Assembly: GCA_035995165.1 (NCBI GenBank)
Contig: DASYKU010000066.1
Span: 1,575 to 65,574 of the forward strand
Length of the DNA: 64,000 nt
Direction: 5' to 3'
From: Mycobacteriales bacterium
GTDB lineage: Bacteria; Actinomycetota; Actinomycetes; Mycobacteriales; CADCTP01
Part shown: positions 8,628-19,895 of the stretch, piece after piece
How the letters are laid out: every line of letters starts with the position of its first letter
Numbering within the stretch: position 1 is the stretch's first letter
Translations under genes and position numbers: made by a program
Notes under the pieces: generated by a model
What the model was told of the DNA's origin: nothing
Databases searched by the model: none
Seen by the model: the letters and a program-made list of their open reading frames with translations, nothing else

Positions 8628-9881
8628 CTAGCTGGGGCCTTCGGCGGGGAGGTCGCCGCGGGTGGCGCCGGCGGTGCGGTGCGGGCGGGCGGCGCCGGGG
8701 CGCGGCAGCAGGTCGGGCCGGGTGGTGCGGAGGTTCGGGTCCGAGCGGGGCGGGTCCGGGCGGGGCGGGTCCGAGCGGGGCGGGGACCGCCGGGCCGGCG
8801 GACGCGCGGCCGGGGTGGATCCGGCCGGGGTGGAGGAGGACGACTCCTCGGGCGCGGAGTCGTTCCCGGAGTCCGCCGCGTCCGGCGCCTCGGGCGCCCG
8901 GGATGGCGCCGCCTTCGGCATGTGCAGCGCGGCGGACGGATCCCGCCGGACCTTGAGCAGGCTGAGCGCGGTGGTGATGCCGAGCACCAGCACGATCACC
9001 ACCAGCGAGAGGACGATGCCGATCTCCGGCGCCCACGAGACGCCCTGCCCGTGCGCGGCCTCGGAGATCAGCTTGAGCCCGATGAAGCCGAGGATCACCG
9101 CGAGCCCGGTGTCCAGGTAGACCAGCCGGTTGAGCAGGCCGCCGAGCAGGAAGTAGAGCTGGCGCAACCCCATCAGCGCGAACGCGTTGGACGAGAAGAC
9201 CAGGAACGGTTCCTTGGTCAGCCCGAAGATCGCCGGGATCGAGTCGAGCGCGAACAGCAGGTCGGTGGTGCCGATCGCGAGCATCACCACCAGCATCGGG
9301 GTGACGAACCGCTTCCCGCCGATCCGGGTGAGCACCGCGGACCCGTGGTACTCCGCGCTGACCGGCAGGAACCGCCGCAGCACCCGCAGCGCCACGTTCT
9401 CCTTGTACTCCTCCTCCTCGTCGCTCTCCCGCCGGAACGCCAGCCGGTAGCCGGTGTAGAGCAGGAACGCGCCGAAGAGGAAGAACACCCACTCGAACCG
9501 CTCGATCACCGCGGCCCCGGCGGCGATGAACAGGCCCCGCAGGACCAGCGCGGCGAGGATCCCGAACAGCAGCACCTTGTGCTGGTGGATCGCGGGTACG
9601 CCGAAGGTCGTCATGATGATGACGAACACGAACAGGTTGTCGACGGACAGGCTGTACTCGGTGATGTAGCCGGCGAAGTACTCCCCCGCGTACGTCCCGC
9701 CGGAGAAGATCAGGATCCCGATGCCGAAGAGGATCGCGCAGGTGACGTAGAAGACCACCCACTTCGCGGCCTCGGCGACCCGAATCGTGTGCGGGTTGTG
9801 GTCGACGATGAACAGGTCGGCCGCCAGCAGCACGAGGATCCCGGCGATCGTGGCGAACCAGAGCCACAGGGGTACGTTCAC
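8628..9881 (-). CDS. TerC family integral membrane protein with a roughly 100-aa Pro/Arg/Ser-rich C-terminal tail
   Basis: GTG at 9881 (VNVPLWLWFATIAGILVLL...). TerC hallmarks are YITEYSLSVDNLFVF and TTDLLFALDSIPAIFG. SD GGAGG lies 6 nt upstream. Confidence 0.9.
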   Translation of the reverse strand: MNVPLWLWFATIAGILVLLAADLFIVDHNPHTIRVAEAAKWVVFYVTCAILFGIGILIFSGGTYAGEYFAGYITEYSLSVDNLFVFVIIMTTFGVPAIHQHKVLLFGILAALVLRGLFIAAGAAVIERFEWVFFLFGAFLLYTGYRLAFRRESDEEEEYKENVALRVLRRFLPVSAEYHGSAVLTRIGGKRFVTPMLVVMLAIGTTDLLFALDSIPAIFGLTKEPFLVFSSNAFALMGLRQLYFLLGGLLNRLVYLDTGLAVILGFIGLKLISEAAHGQGVSWAPEIGIVLSLVVIVLVLGITTALSLLKVRRDPSAALHMPKAAPSRAPEAPDAADSGNDSAPEESSSSTPAGSTPAARPPARRSPPRSDPPRPDPPRSDPNLRTTRPDLLPRPGAARPHRTAGATRGDLPAEGPS

Positions 9882-9916
9882 GGGCCTCCTCCGGACGGAC
9901 GACAAGGGTCCAGCCC

Positions 9917-10005
9917 GGAGGTCTCTCCCGCCGCTTGTGGCGACCGGCGGCACCGGGTCTTTCGGACCGTGATGACGGCGCCGCCGCGCAGGGATACTCC
10001 CCTCC
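9917..10005 (-). promoter_or_regulatory. yybP-ykoY (Mn2+) riboswitch aptamer in the terC 5' leader
   Basis: The minus strand reads GGAGG-GGAGUAUCCC...GCCGUCAUCAC-GGUCCGAAAGACC-CGGUG...CGGGAGAGA-CCUCC. This has the same layout as the known aptamer: a P1 5' strand followed by GGAGUA, an internal GUCA element, a GAAA-type hairpin, and ...AGAGA followed by the P1 3' strand. It sits directly upstream of a TerC gene, the classic genomic context. Confidence 0.75.
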
Positions 10006-10112
10006 GACTCTCCCCACTATCCCGCATGTATGCGCAGGTGGGCCAGTCGGGTAGGGGGAAACCACCCGACTGCCGCGAGGGATTTGTCACACCTCGTGTT
10101 TACGGTGCTGAT

Positions 10113-10538
10113 ATGCGTACGAAGATCCAGATCACTGCAGACTGCGCGGACGTGCCGACGGCGCTGGCGTTCTGGGAGCAGGCGCTCGGGTACGTCCAGG
10201 AGCCGCCGCCGCCCGGTCACGAGTCCTGGGCGGCGTACGCGGAGGCGTACGCGATTCCGCGCTCGCAGTGGCACGGGGCGCTGGTCGACCCGGCGGGCAT
10301 CGGCCCGCGGCTGTTCTTCCAGACCGTGCCGGAGCCGAAGACGGTCAAGAACCGGTGGCACCTCGACGTCGAGGTCACCGACCGCTCGACGCCGGCCGGC
10401 GAGCGGGAGGCGACCATCGCCGCCAAGGTCGCCGAGCTGGTCGCCCTCGGTGCCACCGAGGTCGAGACGATCCACGAGGGCGGCGGCGTCTTCACCGTCA
10501 TGCTCGACCCCGAGCAGAACGAGTTCTGCGTGCAGTGA
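10113..10538 (+). CDS. VOC/glyoxalase-like family protein
   Basis: 141 aa from ATG 10113 (tail of track ORF 8679..10538). Typical glyoxalase-like pattern: ALAFWEQALGY...GPRLFFQTVPEPKTVKNRWHLDVEV...GGVFTVMLDPEQNEFCV. Confidence 0.7.
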   Translation: MRTKIQITADCADVPTALAFWEQALGYVQEPPPPGHESWAAYAEAYAIPRSQWHGALVDPAGIGPRLFFQTVPEPKTVKNRWHLDVEVTDRSTPAGEREATIAAKVAELVALGATEVETIHEGGGVFTVMLDPEQNEFCVQ

Positions 10539-12665
<2,127 letters not shown>

Positions 12666-12709
12666 AGCCGAACCATAAGCACGGGGTCCGACAGTTTCTT
12701 CCCGGACGG

Positions 12710-13237
12710 TCAGGCGACCCCGGCTCCCGGACCGGCCGGCCGCGGGCCGGCCGCGGCGAAGCCGAGCAGGACGAACCCGGCGGCCACCGCGGTCCACCGT
12801 CCCGCGGCCGCGTCCGCGGCCAGCGTCAGGGCGCCGCCGACCACGGCCAGCCCGATGAGGGTCCAGGCCAGCAGGCCGAACACCGGCAGCCCGAACGCCC
12901 GCGCGAACGGCAGAAAGTGCACCCCGACCACGAACACGACCCAGACCACGACCAGCTCGGAGGGCCCGCCCAGGCTCCGGACCACCAGCGCGCCGACCGG
13001 GATCGCGACGACCTCGCCGACCACGCAGAGCCCGTACGTCCGCAGGGCGGCGCGGCCGGGACGCGGCGGCGCGGCGACGGGCCGGCGCAGCAGCAGGACG
13101 AGCACGAGCACGAGGGCCACCAGGCCGGCGACCCGGATCACCGCGGCGGCGGGCAGGCCGCCGGCGTTCGCGAGCACGAAGACCAGACCCGCGACCGACC
13201 CGATCGACGACCCGATCGGGAGACGCCGCATGCGCAC
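12710..13237 (-). CDS. Hypothetical membrane protein (about 4 TM)
   Basis: 175 aa, dominated by hydrophobic helices ([53 protein letters not shown]). No family recognised. Confidence 0.55.
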   Translation of the reverse strand: MRMRRLPIGSSIGSVAGLVFVLANAGGLPAAAVIRVAGLVALVLVLVLLLRRPVAAPPRPGRAALRTYGLCVVGEVVAIPVGALVVRSLGGPSELVVVWVVFVVGVHFLPFARAFGLPVFGLLAWTLIGLAVVGGALTLAADAAAGRWTAVAAGFVLLGFAAAGPRPAGPGAGVA

Positions 13238-13299
13238 GGTCTGCCCGGAAGATCACCGGCCCACGCGTACCCCCGGCGTCGGTGGGGCAGGTCGTCGAC

Positions 13300-13902
13300 A
13301 TGAAGCTGTACGCGGACACGACCGGGCGGTTCTCGCGTCAGGTGGTCGGGGACCTGCTCGTGCTGGGGTGGGTGGCGCTCTGGATCTGGCTCGCGGTGCA
13401 GCTGCACGACCGGCTGCTCGAGCTGGCCGCGCCCGGGGTGACGCTGGAGAAGGCCGGCACCTCGTTCTCCGGGTCGCTGAACGACGCCGGGGACAAGGTC
13501 GGCGGGCTGCCGGTGGTCGGCGACGACGTGGCCGGGGCGCTGCGGCGGGCCGGCGGCGCGGGCGACTCGCTCGCCGACGCGGGGCGCAACCAGCAGGACG
13601 CGGTGCACCAGCTGGCGTTCTTCGTACCGGCCCTGATCCTGCTGCTGGCGGCCGGGATCGTGGTCGCGCTCTGGCTGCCGGGCCGGGTGCGCTGGTCCCG
13701 GGAGGCCGGCGCGGCCCGGCGGCTGCTGTCCGGGCCGGACGCGCTGGAGGTCTTCGCGACCCGGGCCGTCGTACGGCGGCACACCCGGGAGCTGGCCGCG
13801 CTGCCCGAGGCGACCATCACCCGCTGGCGGGCCGGCGACGAGGACGCCGCCACCGCCCTCGCCGAACTCGAACTCCGAGCCCTCGGCCTCCGCCCCCGCT
13901 GA
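13300..13902 (+). CDS. Hypothetical membrane protein
   Basis: ATG 13300 (or GTG 13282). Two TM segments ([15 protein letters not shown] and [20 protein letters not shown]) flank a soluble loop. No family recognised. Confidence 0.55.
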   Translation: MKLYADTTGRFSRQVVGDLLVLGWVALWIWLAVQLHDRLLELAAPGVTLEKAGTSFSGSLNDAGDKVGGLPVVGDDVAGALRRAGGAGDSLADAGRNQQDAVHQLAFFVPALILLLAAGIVVALWLPGRVRWSREAGAARRLLSGPDALEVFATRAVVRRHTRELAALPEATITRWRAGDEDAATALAELELRALGLRPR

Positions 13903-13951
13903 TCCTGGGGTGTACGACCTGTGCGTCCCGACCAGTAGGCCGGGGAAGTGA

Positions 13952-13971
13952 GCCGCGGGAGAGCCCGCGGC
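13952..13971. terminator. Hairpin between convergent genes (8-bp GC stem, AGAG loop)
   Basis: GCCGCGGG-AGAG-CCCGCGGC read directly. It lies between the stops of 13300..13902(+) and 14124..14729(-). Confidence 0.4.
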
Positions 13972-14123
13972 CGGCTCCGGACGCCGGCCACGTCCGAAGG
14001 CGGGACCAGCTCGCCACCAGGAGGTACGAGCTCCGATGCGACTCGTCCACGAAGCGGCACGGCCGTCGGCCGTCCGATATGTCACGGATGATGCCATGGT
14101 ACGGAGAGCGGCTCTTGCCCGGG

Positions 14124-14729
14124 TCAGAGCCAGCCGTTGGATTCGGCGGTGCGGAGGGCTTCTACCCGGTTGCGGGTGCCGGTCTTGGTGATGGCGGCGG
14201 ACAGGTAGTTGCGGACGGTGCCCTCGGAGAGGAACAGGCGGCCGGCGATGTCGGCGACGGTGGCGCCGTCGCGGGCCGCGACCAGGACGTCGCGTTCGCG
14301 GCCGGTGAGCGGGCTGGCGCCGCCGGCCAGGGTGGCGGCGGCCAGCGCCGGGTCGACGACGCGCAGGCCCGCGGCGACCCGCCGGATCGCGTCGGCCAGC
14401 TCGTCGGCGGGGGCGTCCTTGACCACGAACCCGAGCACGCCGGCCTCCATCGCCCGGCGCAGGTAGCCGGGCCGGCCGAACGTGGTGAGGATCGCGACCC
14501 GGACCGCGGGGACCTCGGCGCGCAGCGCGGCCGCGGCGGCGATGCCGTCCAGGCCGGGCATCTCCACGTCCAGCAGCGCGACCTCGGCCGCGCTGGACCG
14601 GGCCGCCGCGACGACCTCGTCGCCCCGGCCGACCTCGGCGACGACCTCCAGGTCCGGCTCCAGCGAGAGCAGCGCGGCCAGCGCGCCGCGGACCATGCTC
14701 TGGTCGTCCGCCAGCAACACCTTGATCAT
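14124..14729 (-). CDS. NarL/LuxR-family response regulator
   Basis: MIKVLLADDQSMVRGAL...LLDVEMPGLDG is a receiver domain, followed by a C-terminal LuxR HTH (LTGRERDVLVAARDGATVADIAGRLFLSEGTVRNYLS). An ATGA overlap joins it to the kinase gene. Confidence 0.92.
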   Translation of the reverse strand: MIKVLLADDQSMVRGALAALLSLEPDLEVVAEVGRGDEVVAAARSSAAEVALLDVEMPGLDGIAAAAALRAEVPAVRVAILTTFGRPGYLRRAMEAGVLGFVVKDAPADELADAIRRVAAGLRVVDPALAAATLAGGASPLTGRERDVLVAARDGATVADIAGRLFLSEGTVRNYLSAAITKTGTRNRVEALRTAESNGWL

Positions 14730-15952
14730 CCCGCCTCCCAGCCGACCGGGGTGGCAGGGGTGGCGGCCGGGGTGGGTGATGGAGGCGGATCGGCCGGTAC
14801 GGCGAGGCGGAGCCGGAACCCGCCGCCCGGCAAGGGACCGGACTCGACCGTCCCGCCGGCTGCCGCGGCCCGCTCGGCCAGCCCGGCCAGCCCGCTGCCG
14901 GCGGGCGGCCCGGCCGCGCGGACCCCGCGGCCGTCGTCGACCACCTCGACGTCCGTCGCCGTCACCCGGATCCGGACCCGGGAAGCCTCCGAGTGCCGGA
15001 CCGCGTTGGTGATGCCTTCCCGTACGGCCCAGCCGAACAGCTCCCGCAGCGACCCCGGCACCTCGTCGACCGCGCCGGGCAGGTCGGCGGCGATGCCGGC
15101 CGCGGACAGCACCTCGCGGGCGGTGGCCAGCTCGACGGCCAGCGAGACCTCGCGGTACCCGGCCACGGCGGCCCGGACGTCGGCCAGCACCTGCCGGGTC
15201 AGCCGCTCGACGTCGCGGATCTCCGCCGCGGCCCGCGCATCGTCCCGCCCGACCAGCCGCCCGGCCAGCTGCGCCTTGACCGAGGCGGCGGTGAGCGAGT
15301 GGCCGAGCAGGTCGTGCAGGTCCCGGGCGATCCGCATCCGCTCCCGGTCGGCGGCCAGCCGGGAGACCTCCTGCTGGGCCGCCCGCAGCTCCCAGGTCCG
15401 CCGGATCAGGGCCTGGAACCCGAACGCCGCCAGCGAGCCGAGCGCGACCGATCCGGCCACCGCCCAGGTGTCGGTGCCGTCCCAGGACGGCACGAGCCGG
15501 GCGGAGAGCCCGACCAGCAGGGTGCCGGCGATCGCGATCGGGAGCCCGAGCCGGAACGGGTAGAGCACCACGACGGTGACCGCGACGTACACGACCGCGC
15601 CCAGCGCGTCCGGGCCGACCAGGGCGGCCAGGGCCAGCGCGAGCAGCGCGAGCAGGGTCGGCGCCGCCCACCGCAGCCAGGCCGGCCGCATGGTCAGGGC
15701 CCGGGCGACCAGGTCGATGTAGACGTAGCAGAACGCCAGCAGCAGGATCAGCCGCAGCGCGCGATCCACCCCGGTGTGCTCGGTCCAGGCGCTCTGGAAC
15801 CCGGGCAGCAGGTAGAGCAGCCAGACGCCGGAGAAGACCCGCCAGCGGCCCCGCCCGTTCAGCCGCGCGCCGATCGGGCCGAGCGCGATGCCGGCACCCG
15901 GCCGGAAGCCGAAGCCCCAGCCGGGTCCCGGACCCGCCGCTCCCGAAGCCAC
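14726..15952 (-). CDS. Sensor histidine kinase (HisKA_3/DesK-like)
   Basis: Multi-TM N-terminus, H-box RIARDLHDLLGHSLTA, and an HATPase region ITNAVRHSEA...VVDDGRG...GLAGLAERA. Confidence 0.88.
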   Translation of the reverse strand: MASGAAGPGPGWGFGFRPGAGIALGPIGARLNGRGRWRVFSGVWLLYLLPGFQSAWTEHTGVDRALRLILLLAFCYVYIDLVARALTMRPAWLRWAAPTLLALLALALAALVGPDALGAVVYVAVTVVVLYPFRLGLPIAIAGTLLVGLSARLVPSWDGTDTWAVAGSVALGSLAAFGFQALIRRTWELRAAQQEVSRLAADRERMRIARDLHDLLGHSLTAASVKAQLAGRLVGRDDARAAAEIRDVERLTRQVLADVRAAVAGYREVSLAVELATAREVLSAAGIAADLPGAVDEVPGSLRELFGWAVREGITNAVRHSEASRVRIRVTATDVEVVDDGRGVRAAGPPAGSGLAGLAERAAAAGGTVESGPLPGGGFRLRLAVPADPPPSPTPAATPATPVGWEAG

Positions 15953-15961
15953 CGCAAGACC

Positions 15962-16693
15962 CTAGTTCCGGGCCGTGTCGCGCCGGTAGGCACGCGCCGC
16001 GAGCAGCGCGAACACCGCGGTCCAGACGGCCAGGATGGCGACCCCGTGCCAGCCGATCCAGCTGCCGGCCAGCGGCTCCCGGCCCGCCTGCGCCAGCCAG
16101 TACGAGGGCAGCGCCCTGGCGAAGGACTGCAGCGCCGAGGGCAGCTGGTCGATCGGGAACCAGATCCCGCCGAGGATGCCGAGCACGGTGAACAGTGCCC
16201 CGGACAGCGGGCCGAGCACGTCGATGGTCAGCCGGTGCCCGAGCCAGATGCCCAGCGCCACGAACGGCGCCAGCGCGAGCAGCGACCACCCGGCGGCCTC
16301 GGCCCACATCCGGGCCGGCAGCCGGACCCCCTCGGTCAGCGCGCCGACGCCGTAGACCAGGGCCAGCGCCGGGATCGCGACGAGCAGCGCGGTGACCGCC
16401 TTGGAGGCCACGTACGCCCAGCCCGGCATCGGGCTCAGCCGCAGCTGCCGGGTCCAGCCGGTCTGCCGCTCGCCGGCGATCCGGCCCCCGATGGAGACCG
16501 CGGCGCCCATCGCGCCGAACACGGACATGCTCGCCATCAGCCAGGCCTTGCCGCTGATGCCGTCCTGGGTGCCGGTCCCGTACAGGGAGGCGAAGAGCAG
16601 GAACAGGCCGACCGGCATGCCGATGACGAAGACGAAGTAGCGGGGGGCGCGCAGCGTGCGGCGCACCTCGGTACGCAGGTAGACGGTGTTCAT
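15962..16693 (-). CDS. ABC-2 type transporter permease
   Basis: 243 aa with six hydrophobic helices. An ATGA overlap joins it to the upstream ATPase gene. Confidence 0.8.
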   Translation of the reverse strand: MNTVYLRTEVRRTLRAPRYFVFVIGMPVGLFLLFASLYGTGTQDGISGKAWLMASMSVFGAMGAAVSIGGRIAGERQTGWTRQLRLSPMPGWAYVASKAVTALLVAIPALALVYGVGALTEGVRLPARMWAEAAGWSLLALAPFVALGIWLGHRLTIDVLGPLSGALFTVLGILGGIWFPIDQLPSALQSFARALPSYWLAQAGREPLAGSWIGWHGVAILAVWTAVFALLAARAYRRDTARN

Positions 16694-17598
16694 GCGGAGG
16701 CTCCGGTCGAGGTGAGGGCGACGAAGGCGTCCTCGAGGTCGGCGCCGCCGACCTCGACGTCGCGGGCGGCGGGTTCGGAGGACAGCAGCGCGCGCAGCGC
16801 GGCGTCGGAGTCGGAGCAGGCCAGCCGGGCGATGTCGCCGTGCAGCTCGACCGCGGTGACGCCGGGCAGCGTCTCCAGCGTGGCGGCGCAGGCGCCGGGC
16901 AGCGTGACCCGGATGGTGCGGCCGCCGACCACGGCCTTGATCGCGGTGGCCGGCCCGTCGGCGACGACCTTGCCCGCGGCCATCAGCACGACCCGGTCGG
17001 CGTACTGGTCGGCTTCCTCCAGGTAGTGGGTGGCGAACAGGACCGTGCGGCCGGCCGCGGTGAGCTCCCGCATCGAGGCCCAGAACCGGCGCCGGCTCTC
17101 CACGTCCATCGCGGCGGTCGGCTCGTCCAGGACCAGCAGCTCCGGGTTCGGCACCAGCGCGAGCGCGAACCGCACCCGCTGCGTCTGCCCGCCGGACAGC
17201 TTGGTCGTCCGCCGGTCGGCCAGCTCGGTGAGGTCGGCCCGGTCGAGCACCTCGGCCACCGGCATCGGCTGCGGGTAGAGCGAGGCGGCCAGCGTCAGCA
17301 GCTCGCGCACGCTGATCTCGGAGATCAGCCCGCCGCTCTGCAGCATCGCGCCGACCAGCCCGGCCTTGACCGCCAGCTCCGGGCTGCGGCCGAACACGCT
17401 GACCTCGCCGGTGTCCGGGCGGGTCAGGCCGAGCAGCATGTCGATCGTGGTCGACTTGCCGGCCCCGTTCGGGCCGAGCAGCGCGACCGTCTCCCCCGCG
17501 ACGATGTCGAGGTCGACGCCGGCGACGGCCGGCACCGGGCCGTAGGACTTGGTGAGGCCGCGGATCCGCAGTCCGGCGGTGAGGCTCGTCTCAGGCAT
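16690..17598 (-). CDS. ABC transporter ATP-binding protein
   Basis: ATG 17598 (alternative 17658). Walker A GPNGAGKST, signature LSGGQTQRV, Walker B LLVLDEPT. Confidence 0.9.
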   Translation of the reverse strand: MPETSLTAGLRIRGLTKSYGPVPAVAGVDLDIVAGETVALLGPNGAGKSTTIDMLLGLTRPDTGEVSVFGRSPELAVKAGLVGAMLQSGGLISEISVRELLTLAASLYPQPMPVAEVLDRADLTELADRRTTKLSGGQTQRVRFALALVPNPELLVLDEPTAAMDVESRRRFWASMRELTAAGRTVLFATHYLEEADQYADRVVLMAAGKVVADGPATAIKAVVGGRTIRVTLPGACAATLETLPGVTAVELHGDIARLACSDSDAALRALLSSEPAARDVEVGGADLEDAFVALTSTGASA

Positions 17599-17785
17599 GG
17601 ACAGAGCGTCGCGCCCGCGGCCCGATCCCGGCAGTTCCGTCCGTACGGACTCGGCCATGACACCTGTCAGGTGACCGGCGCCACACCGGCTCGGCCGGCG
17701 CGAAACGCTCGACAGGCGGCCCGGCGGCCGTGCATTAGGTTCGAGCTTCCCGGGAAGGACTCCGGGGTCGGATCGGAGGAGCGTA

Positions 17786-19894
17786 ATGCAGGTGTGGCCC
17801 GGGTCGTCGTACCCGCTGGGCGCGACGTACGACGGGATGGGCACCAACTTCTCGCTCTTCTCCGAGGTCGCGCAGAAGGTCGAGCTGTGCCTGTTCGACG
17901 ACGCCGGCCGGGAGACCAAGCTCTCCCTGCCCGAGGTCGACGGGTTCGTCTGGCACGGCTACCTGCCCAACGTCGGCCCCGGCCAGCGGTACGGCTACCG
18001 CGTGCACGGCCCGTACGACCCGAATGCCGGCCTGCGCTGCAACCCGCGCAAGCTGCTGCTGGATCCGTACGCGAAGGCCATCGACGGCAAGGTCGACTGG
18101 CACCCGTCGCTGTTCGCCTACGACTTCGAGTTCCAGGACAAGCACAACGACGAGGACTCGGCGCCGTTCCTGCCGAAGGCGGTCGTGGTCAACCCGTACT
18201 TCAACTGGGGCACCGACCGGCCGCCGAACCGGCCGTACAACGAGACGGTGATCTACGAGGCCCACGTCAAGGGCCTGACGTTCCTGAACAAGAACGTGCC
18301 GCTGGAGATGCGCGGGACGTACGCGGGGGTGTCCCACCCCTCGATGATCGAGCACCTGCAGGAGCTCGGCGTGACCGCGATCGAGCTGATGCCGGTGCAC
18401 CAGTTCATCCACGACCACTCGCTGCGCCAGCGCGGGCTGCGCAACTACTGGGGCTACAACACGATCGGCTTCTTCGCCCCGGACGCCGCCTACTCCTCCT
18501 CCGGCACGGCCGGGCAGCAGGTCATGGAGTTCAAGGGCATGGTCCGGGACCTGCACGAGGCCGGCATCGAGGTCATCCTCGACGTGGTCTACAACCACAC
18601 CGCGGAGGGCAACCACTTCGGCCCGACGCTGTCCATGCGCGGCATCGACAACGGCGCGTACTACCGGCTGGTCGACGGCCAGCCCGAGTACTACATGGAC
18701 TACACCGGCACCGGGAACACGCTCAACGTCCGGCACCCGCACACGCTGCAGCTGATCATGGACTCGCTGCGCTACTGGGTGCTGGAGATGCACGTCGACG
18801 GCTTCCGCTTCGACCTGGCCTCCACGCTGGCCCGCGAGTTCTACGACGTGGACCGGCTGTCCGCGTTCTTCGACCTGGTCCAGCAGGACCCGACGGTCTC
18901 CCAGGTCAAGCTCATCGCCGAGCCCTGGGACGTCGGCCCCGGCGGCTACCAGGTCGGCAACTTCCCGCCCCAGTGGACCGAGTGGAACGGCAAGTACCGG
19001 GACACCGTCCGGGACTTCTGGCGGGGTGAGCCGGCCACCCTGGGCGAGTTCGCCGGCCGCATCACCGGCTCCCCCGACCTGTACGAGCACTCCAGCCGGC
19101 GCCCGGTCGCGAGCATCAACTTCGTCACCGCGCACGACGGCTTCACGCTGCGCGACCTGGTCTCGTACAACGAGAAGCACAACGAGGCCAACGGCGAGGG
19201 CAACCGGGACGGCGAGTCCCACAACCGGTCCTGGAACTGCGGGGTCGAGGGCGACACCGACGACCTGGAGATCCTGGAGCTGCGGGCCCAGCAGCGGCGC
19301 AACTTCCTGGCCACCGTGTTCCTGTCCCAGGGCGTTCCGATGCTGCTGCACGGCGACGAGACCGGCCGGACCCAGCGCGGCAACAACAACGGCTACTGCC
19401 AGGACAACGACATCACCTGGCTGGACTGGTCCCAGGTCGACGACGGGCTGGTGCAGTTCACCACCCAGGTCGCGCAGCTGCGGCACGACCACCCGGTCTT
19501 CCGCCGCCGCCGGTTCTTCAACGGCCGCCCGGTCCGGCGCGGGGCCGGCGCGCCGCTGCCGGACATCGCCTGGTTCACCCCCGACTCCCGGGAGATGACC
19601 GAGGAGGACTGGGAGGCCGGCTTCGGCAAGTCGGTCGCGGTCTTCCTCAACGGCGACGGCATCTCCGACCGCAACCAGCGCGGCGAGCGGGTCACCGACG
19701 ACTCGTTCATCATGATCTTCAACGCGCACGACGGGTCGATCGACTTCACCCTGCCGCCCTCGGAGTACGGCTCGAAGTGGGAGCTGGTGCTGGACACCGC
19801 GACCCCGCAGCTGGCCGAGCCGGCGCCGGCCGCCGCGCAGAGCGTGCTGACGGTGGAGGCGCGGTCGCTGGCCGTGCTGCGGCGGGTGACCTGA
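17786..19894 (+). CDS. glgX: Glycogen debranching enzyme GlgX/TreX
   Basis: MQVWPGSSYPLGATYDGMGTNFSLFSE..., GH13 regions DVVYNHT, GFRFDLA and EPWD. SD GGAGGAG lies upstream. Confidence 0.95.
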   Translation: MQVWPGSSYPLGATYDGMGTNFSLFSEVAQKVELCLFDDAGRETKLSLPEVDGFVWHGYLPNVGPGQRYGYRVHGPYDPNAGLRCNPRKLLLDPYAKAIDGKVDWHPSLFAYDFEFQDKHNDEDSAPFLPKAVVVNPYFNWGTDRPPNRPYNETVIYEAHVKGLTFLNKNVPLEMRGTYAGVSHPSMIEHLQELGVTAIELMPVHQFIHDHSLRQRGLRNYWGYNTIGFFAPDAAYSSSGTAGQQVMEFKGMVRDLHEAGIEVILDVVYNHTAEGNHFGPTLSMRGIDNGAYYRLVDGQPEYYMDYTGTGNTLNVRHPHTLQLIMDSLRYWVLEMHVDGFRFDLASTLAREFYDVDRLSAFFDLVQQDPTVSQVKLIAEPWDVGPGGYQVGNFPPQWTEWNGKYRDTVRDFWRGEPATLGEFAGRITGSPDLYEHSSRRPVASINFVTAHDGFTLRDLVSYNEKHNEANGEGNRDGESHNRSWNCGVEGDTDDLEILELRAQQRRNFLATVFLSQGVPMLLHGDETGRTQRGNNNGYCQDNDITWLDWSQVDDGLVQFTTQVAQLRHDHPVFRRRRFFNGRPVRRGAGAPLPDIAWFTPDSREMTEEDWEAGFGKSVAVFLNGDGISDRNQRGERVTDDSFIMIFNAHDGSIDFTLPPSEYGSKWELVLDTATPQLAEPAPAAAQSVLTVEARSLAVLRRVT

Positions 19895-19895
19895 C

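Noticed and set aside
8628-8950. Separate small gene encoding the Pro/Arg/Ser-rich stretch downstream of the TerC domain
   Set aside because: It is continuous in frame with the TerC core, with no internal start context or SD. It is treated as a disordered C-terminal tail.
13952-14123. Small ORF starting at ATG 14079 in the convergent gap before the response regulator
   Set aside because: It belongs to the long shadow frame 10716..15563, has no SD, and runs into the antisense of the regulator gene.
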